Shown here piece after piece: positions 47,445 to 57,200 of a stretch of DNA of 64,000 nt. The position numbers and the translations under genes are program-made. Location: positions 24,000 to 87,999 of the IMG/VR virus record IMGVR_UViG_3300018475_000011; one strand, written 5' to 3'. Numbering within the stretch: position 1 is the first letter of the stretch; each line of letters opens with the position of its first letter. The stretch is from a virus (lineage: Duplodnaviria; Caudoviricetes). The notes beneath the pieces are model-generated. The model worked only from the letters and a program-made list of their open reading frames with translations, was not told where the DNA came from and did not search any database.

Positions 47445-48383
47445 TTATCTCTCCCACATATCTTTTTTCTTAGGCTTGGTTTGGTCTGTATTGCTTCTAT
47501 TGTTACGACTAGAACTATATTCTATAATTCGTGACTTTAATTGCTCAACCGTTTCCTTTTCCTTAATTGCAACCGTTAAATCCTTGCTCTCTTGTTCCAA
47601 CATAGACATAACGCAAAGCAAATCAAATTGGCTTTGTGATAATTTGATTGGATTTTCGGGCGTGTTATATTTGCGATATGCCGTTTGTAATTTGAACGCT
47701 TCTTCAAATTTCTTTTTCGGCATAGAAGAAATTATGTCGTCTATGTTTTGACGATATTGCCCTATCAAATAACCATAATTATTAATAGTTTCATCGCATT
47801 TATTTATCAATATTTCCTTAACAAATTCTTTGTCTGTTTTCCACATTTCCGCAAGGCTATGTATTTGGAGATATTTGTCGCCAATCGAATACTCATACAC
47901 GTTATCGTTTTCGTCAACGGCTTTAATATCATATAATAAGTTGCGGGTGGTAGTTGTCATTGCCCCGCTTAATCCTATGAGCTTACATTCTTGCGGGGTA
48001 AGCGGAAATACATCGGCATTTCTGCCTTGCTTTAAGTCGTTTCTTGCTTTTTGGACTTCCCTTAAATTGCTATACATATCCAATGGCAAATTATAATCAT
48101 CAATCAGCATTTCGCACGCATTAGGCAAGGTGGTATTCATGTTTTCCATTACTACTGATATCGGTGTGAAGGATTTTCCACACGCAAAACAAGTACAAGT
48201 ATTTGTATGCGGATATATATGAGCCGACGGTTTTTTGTCTTGGTGGCTTGGCGAAGGACAGCTTATGTTGCCCTTTTTGGAAGTATCAATATTTGCATAC
48301 CGCCTTAAAACATCATCAATGGGTACGCTTTTATTGATAGCATCTAAATCGTATCGCAATGGAATATAATGGTCTTTTTTCAT
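47445..48383 (-). CDS. CHC2 (primase-type) zinc-finger protein without TOPRIM
   Basis: VPIDDVL..CPSPSHQDKKPS..CTCFACG. Confidence 0.75.
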   Translation of the reverse strand: MKKDHYIPLRYDLDAINKSVPIDDVLRRYANIDTSKKGNISCPSPSHQDKKPSAHIYPHTNTCTCFACGKSFTPISVVMENMNTTLPNACEMLIDDYNLPLDMYSNLREVQKARNDLKQGRNADVFPLTPQECKLIGLSGAMTTTTRNLLYDIKAVDENDNVYEYSIGDKYLQIHSLAEMWKTDKEFVKEILINKCDETINNYGYLIGQYRQNIDDIISSMPKKKFEEAFKLQTAYRKYNTPENPIKLSQSQFDLLCVMSMLEQESKDLTVAIKEKETVEQLKSRIIEYSSSRNNRSNTDQTKPKKKDMWER

Positions 48384-48387
48384 GGTC

Positions 48388-50697
48388 TTATTCTTTTACC
48401 TTTTGTTGTTTTGATTCGATTTCCTTTTGAGCATTTGACAAATAAGAATTTGCAATGTGCATTGTGTTACGCACACTCGAACTACTGTCTTTGGCAATGC
48501 CGTCAATCATAGCTTTTATCTGTTCGATTTGGTTTATCTTTGAACCGTTAGAAAGTGAAAGCTCATTACTTTCTGCGGTCAAGACGGAAAGCGTAGATAC
48601 AAGAGCTTTCGACAATTCTTCCGTTTGGCGTTTTAATAAATCATTTTGTTCTCTTAAAGCATTGGTGTTTTCGGTCAAAGCTATTGTTTGCTTTGTGAGA
48701 ACTGCAATTAACGACGAATAATCAACATTAGAATCGGCTACTTTATTTTCCTTGCTTTCAACAGCTTCGCTAATATGCTTAATAGGTGCTTCTCCCACTT
48801 GCTTAACATTTCCGTCGGTTACAACAATGGGTACGGTATCATTATGCTTATTAGAATAAAGCTCTCTTTCTCTTTCATTCAAGCTCCTTGTGCCATATTC
48901 GCTTCCGTTCATAATAGCTTGAACTTCGATGTCGGCAAGCAATTCGGCTTGGGTGGGAATTTCAAAATATGTATCATCGTCAAGAGCGGGAGCAACATCG
49001 GCGGGAGCAACATCGGCATTGTTTAATACATCTCCGCTTACGATGCCCGCCACAAAATCATTTAATGAAACATTTTCTTGCGTCGGGGACACTTCTAACG
49101 ATTTAGCTGAATGTTCCTTTTCATCATCTTTTTGAGCGGATATTTCTATGCCATGAATACGCTCTCTTGCATCTTGATAAATAGAATCAACAATAGATGC
49201 CATGGCAAAACATTTGTCGATAGTATGTTTATTAAATACTTCAAGACCGTTATTTTCAGCAATACACTCTAAGCTGAATTTGAAATTAGAACCGTCAATA
49301 GAATCAAGGTCAATTACCCTATTAGGTAAATCATTGCTCATTCGTTCATAGGTATACTCTTTGACAACTTGTGCGAAGTCTATATAAGGTGCGTTACAAA
49401 CGCCCAAATTGCCGATTTTAGACATGGAATTTTGAGTAAAGGATAAATCACTATTCCTTGCTTTTCCGTTGCTAATTAAGGCGTATTCGTCCGTAGAATA
49501 CTGTTTGAAAAAGCGGTTAATCATATCGACAGCTTCATCGGGACTTAAAACACCACCTTCCGATGATGATATTCCTTTCATATAATCATCAAGATTGATT
49601 CCCGTATAGGTAAAGGCATCGAAAGAACCCTTTTCTTTGTTTTGAATTGCTTTATTAATGGAATTGCGGTCGGCGTTGATATCCATAGACATAACGCAAA
49701 CGCCTTCCAAACTTTCTTTGCCTAATTCATAGACCGTAGCCGTAAGCTGAATGGGGTAATCATTAGCGGTAAATCCCGTTGTTGCGGATTGCATTATGAT
49801 AATACCCTTTTTATCGCTCTTACCTTCTAAAACATCATATAATTCATTTAAGTCGCACGGATAATCTCTGTCTATAACATCGTGAGATATAACATTACTA
49901 CTCAAAAGGGTTGTGAATTTACCTTCAAAATCGCTTTCAAGGTATTTTTCCTTTCCTTTTCGCACCATGCTTTCATACTGTTCTTTATTATTTTCATTGT
50001 AGAAAACAACAGTATCATTATATAACCACTTGTTTTCACGCCCGTAATGAATCATAAAATTAGCCATTGATTCGGTACGCTTATCCGTCCCCATGATTTT
50101 TTCGGCAGATGCGATTTCTTTGTGATTTACATAGTGATTGAGGACATCTAATGTAGCGGTTCGTGATTCTATGCCCTTTTTATTGAAATACTCCTTTGTC
50201 AAAGTGGTTTGGTCGATAATTCTTTCATCTTCGTCAAGAGCTTTGAGCATATCAGCACAACCGATTTTATCCATATAGGAAATACAAAACTTAGTTCCGT
50301 TTGCAATGTAAACAGTATCTTTATCAAAACCTTCCATAAAGCGTGTAAATTTAGCCTTAAATTCATCGACACTTAAAACATTGTCGCCATTTATATATGC
50401 GGTTGCGTCAATACCGCCGTTTTGGAATACATCGTATTTATCCTTATTGGCAATGGCGTGTTGTAATCCTTCGTCGGTGCATTTTACAAGCTCGTCAAAT
50501 ACAAGAGCTTGTTTATATGCTCCTACTTCTTTGTCGTATTCATATTCTTTTACACATACTCTTGTGGGCGAATGTGCATCACAAGCAGAATTATCAATAC
50601 CCGTTGTGCTAACTACCATAAATACAAAATTGTTACGCTCATTAATTGCGTTTTCCATTTCCATTAAATAGGGGTATGCCTTAAACGAACCTTTCAT
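48388..50697 (-). CDS. protein with two degenerate DEDD/DnaQ-like exonuclease domains and a C-terminal coiled coil
   Basis: FMVVSTTG..IANGTKFC..IIDQTTL and IMQSATTG..ISNG..YIDFAQV..SLECIA. Confidence 0.55.
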   Translation of the reverse strand: MKGSFKAYPYLMEMENAINERNNFVFMVVSTTGIDNSACDAHSPTRVCVKEYEYDKEVGAYKQALVFDELVKCTDEGLQHAIANKDKYDVFQNGGIDATAYINGDNVLSVDEFKAKFTRFMEGFDKDTVYIANGTKFCISYMDKIGCADMLKALDEDERIIDQTTLTKEYFNKKGIESRTATLDVLNHYVNHKEIASAEKIMGTDKRTESMANFMIHYGRENKWLYNDTVVFYNENNKEQYESMVRKGKEKYLESDFEGKFTTLLSSNVISHDVIDRDYPCDLNELYDVLEGKSDKKGIIIMQSATTGFTANDYPIQLTATVYELGKESLEGVCVMSMDINADRNSINKAIQNKEKGSFDAFTYTGINLDDYMKGISSSEGGVLSPDEAVDMINRFFKQYSTDEYALISNGKARNSDLSFTQNSMSKIGNLGVCNAPYIDFAQVVKEYTYERMSNDLPNRVIDLDSIDGSNFKFSLECIAENNGLEVFNKHTIDKCFAMASIVDSIYQDARERIHGIEISAQKDDEKEHSAKSLEVSPTQENVSLNDFVAGIVSGDVLNNADVAPADVAPALDDDTYFEIPTQAELLADIEVQAIMNGSEYGTRSLNERERELYSNKHNDTVPIVVTDGNVKQVGEAPIKHISEAVESKENKVADSNVDYSSLIAVLTKQTIALTENTNALREQNDLLKRQTEELSKALVSTLSVLTAESNELSLSNGSKINQIEQIKAMIDGIAKDSSSSVRNTMHIANSYLSNAQKEIESKQQKVKE

Positions 50698-50703
50698 ATT
50701 ATC

Positions 50704-51078
50704 CTACCTTTCTACTGTGTTTTTAACTTTTCCTTTTGCTTTTTCGTCAACACCGATTGCTTCACGATTAAAGTGCCAATCATCAGTTAAATTTATAAAT
50801 CTTTCGGGGATATCCCACAAAGCATCTTCTATAATCCCCATACGACTTGACGCTGATTTGTTTTTGGGTTCAAGGTGGAATACTTTTTCGCCCATTCCCT
50901 TTTCGCCAATCTTTTTATAATAAAAATCTTCTTTTTCCTTTTCGCCGAATTTGACGGTTAATGTTCCTTCATCATTGGAATAGCTTAAATATTTGACATC
51001 ATTATTGTCCTTGTAAAAAACTGTCAAATCGGGATTTCTTGATTTTTCATTTTGGAAAATATTATATAATTTGTTCAT
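50704..51078 (-). CDS. hypothetical protein, tail ..KNTVER
   Basis: AAGGAG SD. Confidence 0.7.
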   Translation of the reverse strand: MNKLYNIFQNEKSRNPDLTVFYKDNNDVKYLSYSNDEGTLTVKFGEKEKEDFYYKKIGEKGMGEKVFHLEPKNKSASSRMGIIEDALWDIPERFINLTDDWHFNREAIGVDEKAKGKVKNTVER

Positions 51079-51091
51079 CTCTATACTCCTT

Positions 51092-51134
51092 GTAAATAAA
51101 ATAAGGGCAATCCCTTGTAGAAGGAACGCCCTTT
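51092..51134 (-). terminator. terminator-like hairpin immediately upstream of the 51078 SD
   Basis: AAGGGCGTTCCTT-ctac-AAGGGATTGCCCTT ATTTTATTT. Confidence 0.6.
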
Positions 51135-51264
51135 ATATAGCATATAATAATATGAATAAAAATCATATCAAATAAGACAAATACTATATAACGGACTATC
51201 CTTCAAAGCAATACACGCATATTGCCCGATAACAGAAGGGAATTACCGTATCTGATTACCTTAT

Positions 51265-51293
51265 ATTATAACAAAATTAAACAAAATAGTCAA
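51265..51293 (-). promoter_or_regulatory. SigA-type promoter
   Basis: TTGACT-17-TATAAT with extended TG. Confidence 0.75.
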
Positions 51294-51296
51294 CAT

Positions 51297-52859
51297 TTAT
51301 CGGTCAATGTCAACATCTGCTTTATATGACCCTTTCCCCTTGGGAATTGGTTTTCCCGCATTGCCAAAAGCAATGTCTTTTCCCCCAAAAGCAAGGCTTT
51401 GGGTTATGTACTTGAAGTTTTCATCTTCCGTCAATACCTTTCGGGCATATTCGCTATCAATTCGATTATTAAAAATGATAGGATTCGATTGGGGAGAAAC
51501 GGTTTCCTTTTCTCTTTTATAGAATATATCCATTCGATTCCCAAATTCATCAAACGTGATAGATACTTGCCCCCCATTGCAAAACAAGTTAATTGAATTA
51601 TTAAACTTATTATAAGCTACAATAACATCATCGGGTACGGCATTTGCGTATTCATCAACCCGCTTTTCCATTTTCAAAGCAAGGGCATCGGAATACTCGG
51701 TTGTATAACAAAATGTTTTGTTTGGCACTTCTGTTATGCCAATATCATCTAAGCTAAATTCTTTGTTGCCTAAATAAGAATCTACACCGTTGTAGTCGTA
51801 CTCGACCTTTTTGGCACGATTTAATTCAAGCCCAACCGTTGCAATTAAGTCATTAAATGAGTTTTTTGCAAGAATATTTAGATAATCGCTATTATCAATA
51901 TAAGCAAAGCCATTTGACGCATCTCTTATATCATATACTTGCGATACTTTACCCGTGTTGTCTTTGTAATAGGCATTAATTAAGCCCATTTCATAATCGT
52001 AATTAAGAATCATTCGGCTATCATGGTTGTCCGAAAATATCATGGCTTGATTTAGGGCGGGCAAAAATGTAACATTTTCATTTGCATAATAATTAGCAAC
52101 GGTCTTAATTCGCTCCGATATATCTGTTGATTTTATTATGCTTTCATTTTTGGCTATTCTCTCTTTGACCCTTTCCGCTTCCTTGTTGAATAATTCATCT
52201 ACAAGGCTAATCGCCTTTGGGATATCTCCAATACCAAATACCGCCATTCCAACGGTTTCAAAATTACTTTTTAATTCTTTGATAGAATACGGGTTTTTAT
52301 CGTCTTTAATAAGGGCTTTGTATTTATCATTATTGCGTACCATTTCTTCAACCGTAAAATAAGATTTGGGTTCATTGGTTATGCAATCAATAGATATTAC
52401 GGCGGGAAAACCTTTTTGATTTCGCATTACATTATTCAATTCGTAATTGGGATTAAACAATATAATATCATTGGTTTTCTCATTTTTCAGCAAACGGTAT
52501 TCGTCGGCATTAGGAGATTTTGCGATGCTTTCCATGATTAACTTAAATTCAGCTCTCTTTCTTTCGATATTAGAGAGATTTTCAGTAAGCGAATCTATGG
52601 CTTTTTGGGCGTTATCCTTGTTCTCACTTAACAACGCAAGCTCCAACGCATAATCAGCTCTTGCCAACACGGGAATTATCTCACGAAGATTGTTGTCGTT
52701 ATACTCACTTGGATTAGCATATTCGTCTTTTTTAGAATCAACAAAATCAGCTACTTCTTCGGCATTGATTTCTTCTTCTATTGGTTCACTTTCTATATTT
52801 CGTAATCGTTCCGATAATTTATCACATAAATCGGCTACTTTTCTTCTGAAATAAGACAT
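51297..52859 (-). CDS. hypothetical protein, tail ..DVDIDR
   Basis: 520 aa; GGGAG SD. Confidence 0.75.
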   Translation of the reverse strand: MSYFRRKVADLCDKLSERLRNIESEPIEEEINAEEVADFVDSKKDEYANPSEYNDNNLREIIPVLARADYALELALLSENKDNAQKAIDSLTENLSNIERKRAEFKLIMESIAKSPNADEYRLLKNEKTNDIILFNPNYELNNVMRNQKGFPAVISIDCITNEPKSYFTVEEMVRNNDKYKALIKDDKNPYSIKELKSNFETVGMAVFGIGDIPKAISLVDELFNKEAERVKERIAKNESIIKSTDISERIKTVANYYANENVTFLPALNQAMIFSDNHDSRMILNYDYEMGLINAYYKDNTGKVSQVYDIRDASNGFAYIDNSDYLNILAKNSFNDLIATVGLELNRAKKVEYDYNGVDSYLGNKEFSLDDIGITEVPNKTFCYTTEYSDALALKMEKRVDEYANAVPDDVIVAYNKFNNSINLFCNGGQVSITFDEFGNRMDIFYKREKETVSPQSNPIIFNNRIDSEYARKVLTEDENFKYITQSLAFGGKDIAFGNAGKPIPKGKGSYKADVDIDR

Positions 52860-52876
52860 TTTGCATCTCCCTTCTA

Positions 52877-54313
52877 CTATCTGTCTATATCACTCATTTT
52901 CTTTTTGGGCTTGGAAGTGTTCTGTTTGTCTTTTCCCATTTCTTCCTTTTCAAAGAATTTATCAAACTCTTTGTTGAACTCCTTAGAAAATGCGTCAGCT
53001 CGGCTAAATGCGGTTTCAAAAATCGTGTTTTTGCCGATACGGAACGCATCGGTTTGGATATTGTTCATAGTGTGGCTTATTTCTAATGCTAATTTTTCTT
53101 CACATTCTATTCCTATATGCTTACATACCATGTAGGCTGACATTGCAACTTCTAACTTGTGCATATCGCTATCGGACGGTATTCGGCTTTTAATACCCGT
53201 TATGATAGCGGGGTTTTCGGAAAACAATTTATCGGCGTAACCATGAACCGCTTGATATAATCTTTCTTGCTCGGATATATTTTTGTCGTCGGGAACAACA
53301 AAAGGGTAAGAAACGATATAACCGCCTTCATTAGTATTGAAGTTTATTTGATTCATTGCGGTTGAAATTTCATTGAAATTCTCTGCATTATCTTTAAGTG
53401 GCTTGTTTAACTTCAATAAATGTTCGATTTCTTCTCCTTTTTCATTTAAGGCGAATGTCTGTTTTATGTCGAATACGGGAGTATCAACAAATCCCGATAA
53501 TACTTGAACTTCTCCCTTATGAGCTATTTGGTCTAAGAGCTTATCTTTTTCATCATCAGTTAAGTGGTTACGCTCAACATATTTATTTACTGAATCTTCA
53601 TTAGAAAGAATTGTAAAGACGGGAGCAAATATATGAATAGCACTCTCTCCCTTACTTACTTGCCTATCAAGAGCTTTCCATGCTTTATAACCCTTAACCG
53701 CTTCGGCATCGGGGGCTTGGGCGTAAACAAGACCAATGTTATTGCAACTGTATCGCTCAAAATTATCCTTTATATCTAAAAACTTTTGATAGTCTGCTCC
53801 TTCAATAGTTGCTTTAACAGCATCACTAGCTTTTTGTGACAGAACTTCGGTAGACTTTGAAACATCTACATTGCCTTGCGATATTACGGGGATTCCGTAT
53901 TTATCTTCAATAGCCCCCTTTATTGTACCGTCGTAAAAATCCATTCCGCAAGCAATATCAAACGGTATATGAACGACAATACTGTTTGAAATATCATATA
54001 AATTACTCATGTATTTATTGGCGGTTTCTTTTATATGTTGCTCAAAGCGGGCGGGGTCGTATTCTTCGATATAATCGCCAATGTATTCGGAATAATCCAT
54101 GATATCTCCGTTAGCAAGCATTTCTTCACGCTCTGCCAATTCTTCTTGTTGATTAGCAAGGTACATTTCCTTAACATCATCTTTTGCCATAGATAAGGCT
54201 TGGGTGTAATTAATATCTGCGGGAAAATCAAATTTTACGCCCTTGCAAGTAAAAGGCACTCCTTCTTCTCTAAATTTCTTTATTTGATTATCTGTATAAC
54301 CGCTAAAATCCAT
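52877..54313 (-). CDS. ArdC-like N-terminal ssDNA-binding domain protein with degenerate metallopeptidase region
   Basis: YSCNNIGLVYAQ..KGYKAWK..RQVSKGESAIHIFAP..VFDIKQT; AVHGYAD in place of HExxH; start 54313 after AAGGAG. Confidence 0.75.
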   Translation of the reverse strand: MDFSGYTDNQIKKFREEGVPFTCKGVKFDFPADINYTQALSMAKDDVKEMYLANQQEELAEREEMLANGDIMDYSEYIGDYIEEYDPARFEQHIKETANKYMSNLYDISNSIVVHIPFDIACGMDFYDGTIKGAIEDKYGIPVISQGNVDVSKSTEVLSQKASDAVKATIEGADYQKFLDIKDNFERYSCNNIGLVYAQAPDAEAVKGYKAWKALDRQVSKGESAIHIFAPVFTILSNEDSVNKYVERNHLTDDEKDKLLDQIAHKGEVQVLSGFVDTPVFDIKQTFALNEKGEEIEHLLKLNKPLKDNAENFNEISTAMNQINFNTNEGGYIVSYPFVVPDDKNISEQERLYQAVHGYADKLFSENPAIITGIKSRIPSDSDMHKLEVAMSAYMVCKHIGIECEEKLALEISHTMNNIQTDAFRIGKNTIFETAFSRADAFSKEFNKEFDKFFEKEEMGKDKQNTSKPKKKMSDIDR

Positions 54314-54326
54314 AACAAACTCCTTC

Positions 54327-56021
54327 CTAATCTCTTTCGATATGCTTTTTTGATTTTTCTTTTTCATCGGGCAATTTAGAAGCAACAAGATATCCCGACA
54401 TTATCTTTTCCGCATTACGCATTATTGATTTCCATTCATCTTCCGACTTTGCAAAAACTTTTTTCATTTCTCTGCACATAAAACGGGAATCATCTCTTGT
54501 GAAAGCTCCAATTTCAACGGGCATATATTCACATATTGTATCATTGTGATTAACTACGGAAAAAGTAATGCTGTCACGTTTGATATTGTAATCCATATAT
54601 ATTTTTTTAGCGTCAATATGGCACATATCTAAATTATCATATAATACACGCCCCCATGATTCTTTGCGTAGGTCGAATTTGGAAAGGTCAAGCTCTGCTC
54701 TAACACCTTCGGGGATTCTAATAAGTTCGTCCATGCCCTTTGACATAGTATTGATTAAACTCTTCCTATCAACACTAAACGTCATGTCTTTTGTGTGGGC
54801 GGTCATTTCAAGTAAATATTTGATAGTACATTGGCTTTGGTCGTAAATAACGTATTCATCATTTTTTAGTCCCGTTCTGTGTTTGTCGGCATATACCGAT
54901 AAACAACCACTCGGCAAACTGTTCTTATTGAAGGAGCGGGACAATGATGAAACGGGTTTATACGTTTCTCCTAAAGCAACGGAATAAACCGCCATGTACC
55001 CACTATCACGTTGTCCGTCGTTCCATACCGCACCTTTTACGTCCATATAATTGAGTGATTTACGACTATCGGGAGCAAAGTAAAGTCCGTTGCCAAACAT
55101 CTTTCCCGTAATTTTTGCATCGGGATTAAGCGAAAGACCGCTCTTCATTATAGACAACCAATTCTCAACCTTGCTACCATGGTAAAATAACCGACAATCT
55201 CTATGGGATAAATTATGTGCTTTTTTGAAATCTTCATAAGCAGAGCGTGTTTTTTCATTCTCAACCGCAAATCCTTTAATATATCTGCTTTCAACTTCTC
55301 TACCGTCGTAATCTCTTCCTAAATGAGATGTGATTTCATCTTCTTCTTTATAAGTAACGGGACGAACAGACAAACCGTATGCTTCCAATAATGTTTTATC
55401 TTGGTCTACTGATGCCGTAATCTGCGGAGCAATTTGACCCTTGACATTATCAATCATGTCTTGTTCTCTTTTTATAATTTTTGTAAAGTCAAGCGATGAT
55501 TTAGCGGTATAATCGTCCACATTTTTCATTTTACGGGGAATGTCGGTAAATATTTCCACTAATTTTTCGTTGAAACGCCACAATGCCACATTAGGCATAT
55601 TATTAACCATGTCAATCAATTCATTAAGGTCGTTTTGAGCTTCATCAACCATTTTCTGTGTAATATCAGATGATTGAATCGTATAATTTGCCTTCATAAA
55701 TTCTCTTGCTGATTTGGCAAGCATCTCAATAAGAGCATTTACTTCTTCGTGTTCTATTTTTTTGTAATCCAAATCAGTATTGTGATTCGTAACAACTTGG
55801 CTTGAATGTAATGCGGTTACGTCGTTATACCCCTTGTTTTCCTTTGAGCGTAATAATTCATAAAAATCTTTTTCTCCCCTTGAGTAATGGTGGAACGATG
55901 CCCTACCGCCAACTCTTCCGAAATTAACATCAATACTGTTATCATCATTTTGGGTAATTTCATAGTATTTATTACTATTGGCAAGCGGGTCAACATATAC
56001 TAAATACGCATAATTCTTCAT
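54327..56021 (-). CDS. poly(ADP-ribose) polymerase-like protein (WGR + helical regulatory + H-Y-E catalytic domain)
   Basis: NKYY..FGRVG..K.NKGY; LFYHGS..GKMFGNGLYFA..KSLNY..NDEYVIYD. Confidence 0.9.
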   Translation of the reverse strand: MKNYAYLVYVDPLANSNKYYEITQNDDNSIDVNFGRVGGRASFHHYSRGEKDFYELLRSKENKGYNDVTALHSSQVVTNHNTDLDYKKIEHEEVNALIEMLAKSAREFMKANYTIQSSDITQKMVDEAQNDLNELIDMVNNMPNVALWRFNEKLVEIFTDIPRKMKNVDDYTAKSSLDFTKIIKREQDMIDNVKGQIAPQITASVDQDKTLLEAYGLSVRPVTYKEEDEITSHLGRDYDGREVESRYIKGFAVENEKTRSAYEDFKKAHNLSHRDCRLFYHGSKVENWLSIMKSGLSLNPDAKITGKMFGNGLYFAPDSRKSLNYMDVKGAVWNDGQRDSGYMAVYSVALGETYKPVSSLSRSFNKNSLPSGCLSVYADKHRTGLKNDEYVIYDQSQCTIKYLLEMTAHTKDMTFSVDRKSLINTMSKGMDELIRIPEGVRAELDLSKFDLRKESWGRVLYDNLDMCHIDAKKIYMDYNIKRDSITFSVVNHNDTICEYMPVEIGAFTRDDSRFMCREMKKVFAKSEDEWKSIMRNAEKIMSGYLVASKLPDEKEKSKKHIERD

Positions 56022-56031
56022 AACAATCTCC

Positions 56032-56313
56032 CTAGTCTACTAAGTCGCATGGAACAAGGATTATATCTTCTCCGTTGTATATCTTTGCGTACATGATGCC
56101 GTCAACAATCATTTCTTCCAACGTATAAATAACTCTGTCGTATTCATCAGTTTCTTTGCGGATAAAACGAATAAAGTCCAATTCGTTGCCATTGTCGCTT
56201 TGAAAAAACGCTCTCCAATCTATATGCTTTGCAAGCGGGTGGCGGGCGTAGGTTTTTTGAATTTCTAATCTTTTTTCTGCGGATAGTGAATTGATATATT
56301 CATAATTAGTCAT
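56032..56313 (-). CDS. hypothetical protein
   Basis: GGGG SD. Confidence 0.65.
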   Translation of the reverse strand: MTNYEYINSLSAEKRLEIQKTYARHPLAKHIDWRAFFQSDNGNELDFIRFIRKETDEYDRVIYTLEEMIVDGIMYAKIYNGEDIILVPCDLVD

Positions 56314-56318
56314 GTTGG

Positions 56319-57200
56319 TTATCCCCTTTCTATATTGTTCTTGTTGTGACGCTCGTTTATTGTTTTAGCATTGCCTTTATCTATTATTTCTTTGACAGCA
56401 TCGCTTGTAACAACAAAAGAACGTCCTTCGGATTCGGCTTTTAGAGCTTGCTCATATATGTTTTGGGCTTTCTCCATGTATTTTTTGTGCCATAATGGAG
56501 ATTGCTCTTTCATGCAATCAAGCATTATTTTCTCTATCATTTCATTGCTTATATTGTAAAGCGGATTTTCTATAACTGTTTTGTCATACATATTGGCATT
56601 AGCGGTTAATCTCTTTAAGTCGTCCGAACTATCGTAATACCATTTTTCGTTTTCGGAAACGTGGGTATACGCTAAATATTTATGGGTGTTTGTATGCGTT
56701 GGAATATCGGAAATACCGTTTACAATTAAAACGGGCATATTTTCTAAAACATAAGGAAGAATAGTTGGATATGAATTATCTAATATTTTATTAAATTCTT
56801 CCATATAATTTTCAAAATCTATTTCGGGCTTATATCCAATATCATCAAGCCATACCTTCAAGGTATCAGCTTCAATAATTAAATCCTTCATTGTGTCGGG
56901 ATATCGGGCGTTATATCCAAATCCGCTACAACACTCTATTCCGTAATCCGAAACAGCTTGCATCACAATAATTTCAGCATCTTTACTGTCATACGGATTA
57001 AGGTCGTGATAATTAAATTTTGTGGCATCTACCGAACCCATATATGCGTATAACGTACTTCCTTCTTTGTCTACATGAAAAATATCATATATTGTGGCTA
57101 AAAATGGAGATTCGGAACACTCTTTATCATCAAATGCTTTTCGCATTAGAGTACCGCCATTCTCGGCAATATTATTATTGCCGTAGTTTACCCATTCCAT
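56319..57200 (-). CDS. hypothetical protein, tail ..NNIERG
   Basis: 293 aa coupled ORF. Confidence 0.7.
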   Translation of the reverse strand: MEWVNYGNNNIAENGGTLMRKAFDDKECSESPFLATIYDIFHVDKEGSTLYAYMGSVDATKFNYHDLNPYDSKDAEIIVMQAVSDYGIECCSGFGYNARYPDTMKDLIIEADTLKVWLDDIGYKPEIDFENYMEEFNKILDNSYPTILPYVLENMPVLIVNGISDIPTHTNTHKYLAYTHVSENEKWYYDSSDDLKRLTANANMYDKTVIENPLYNISNEMIEKIMLDCMKEQSPLWHKKYMEKAQNIYEQALKAESEGRSFVVTSDAVKEIIDKGNAKTINERHNKNNIERG

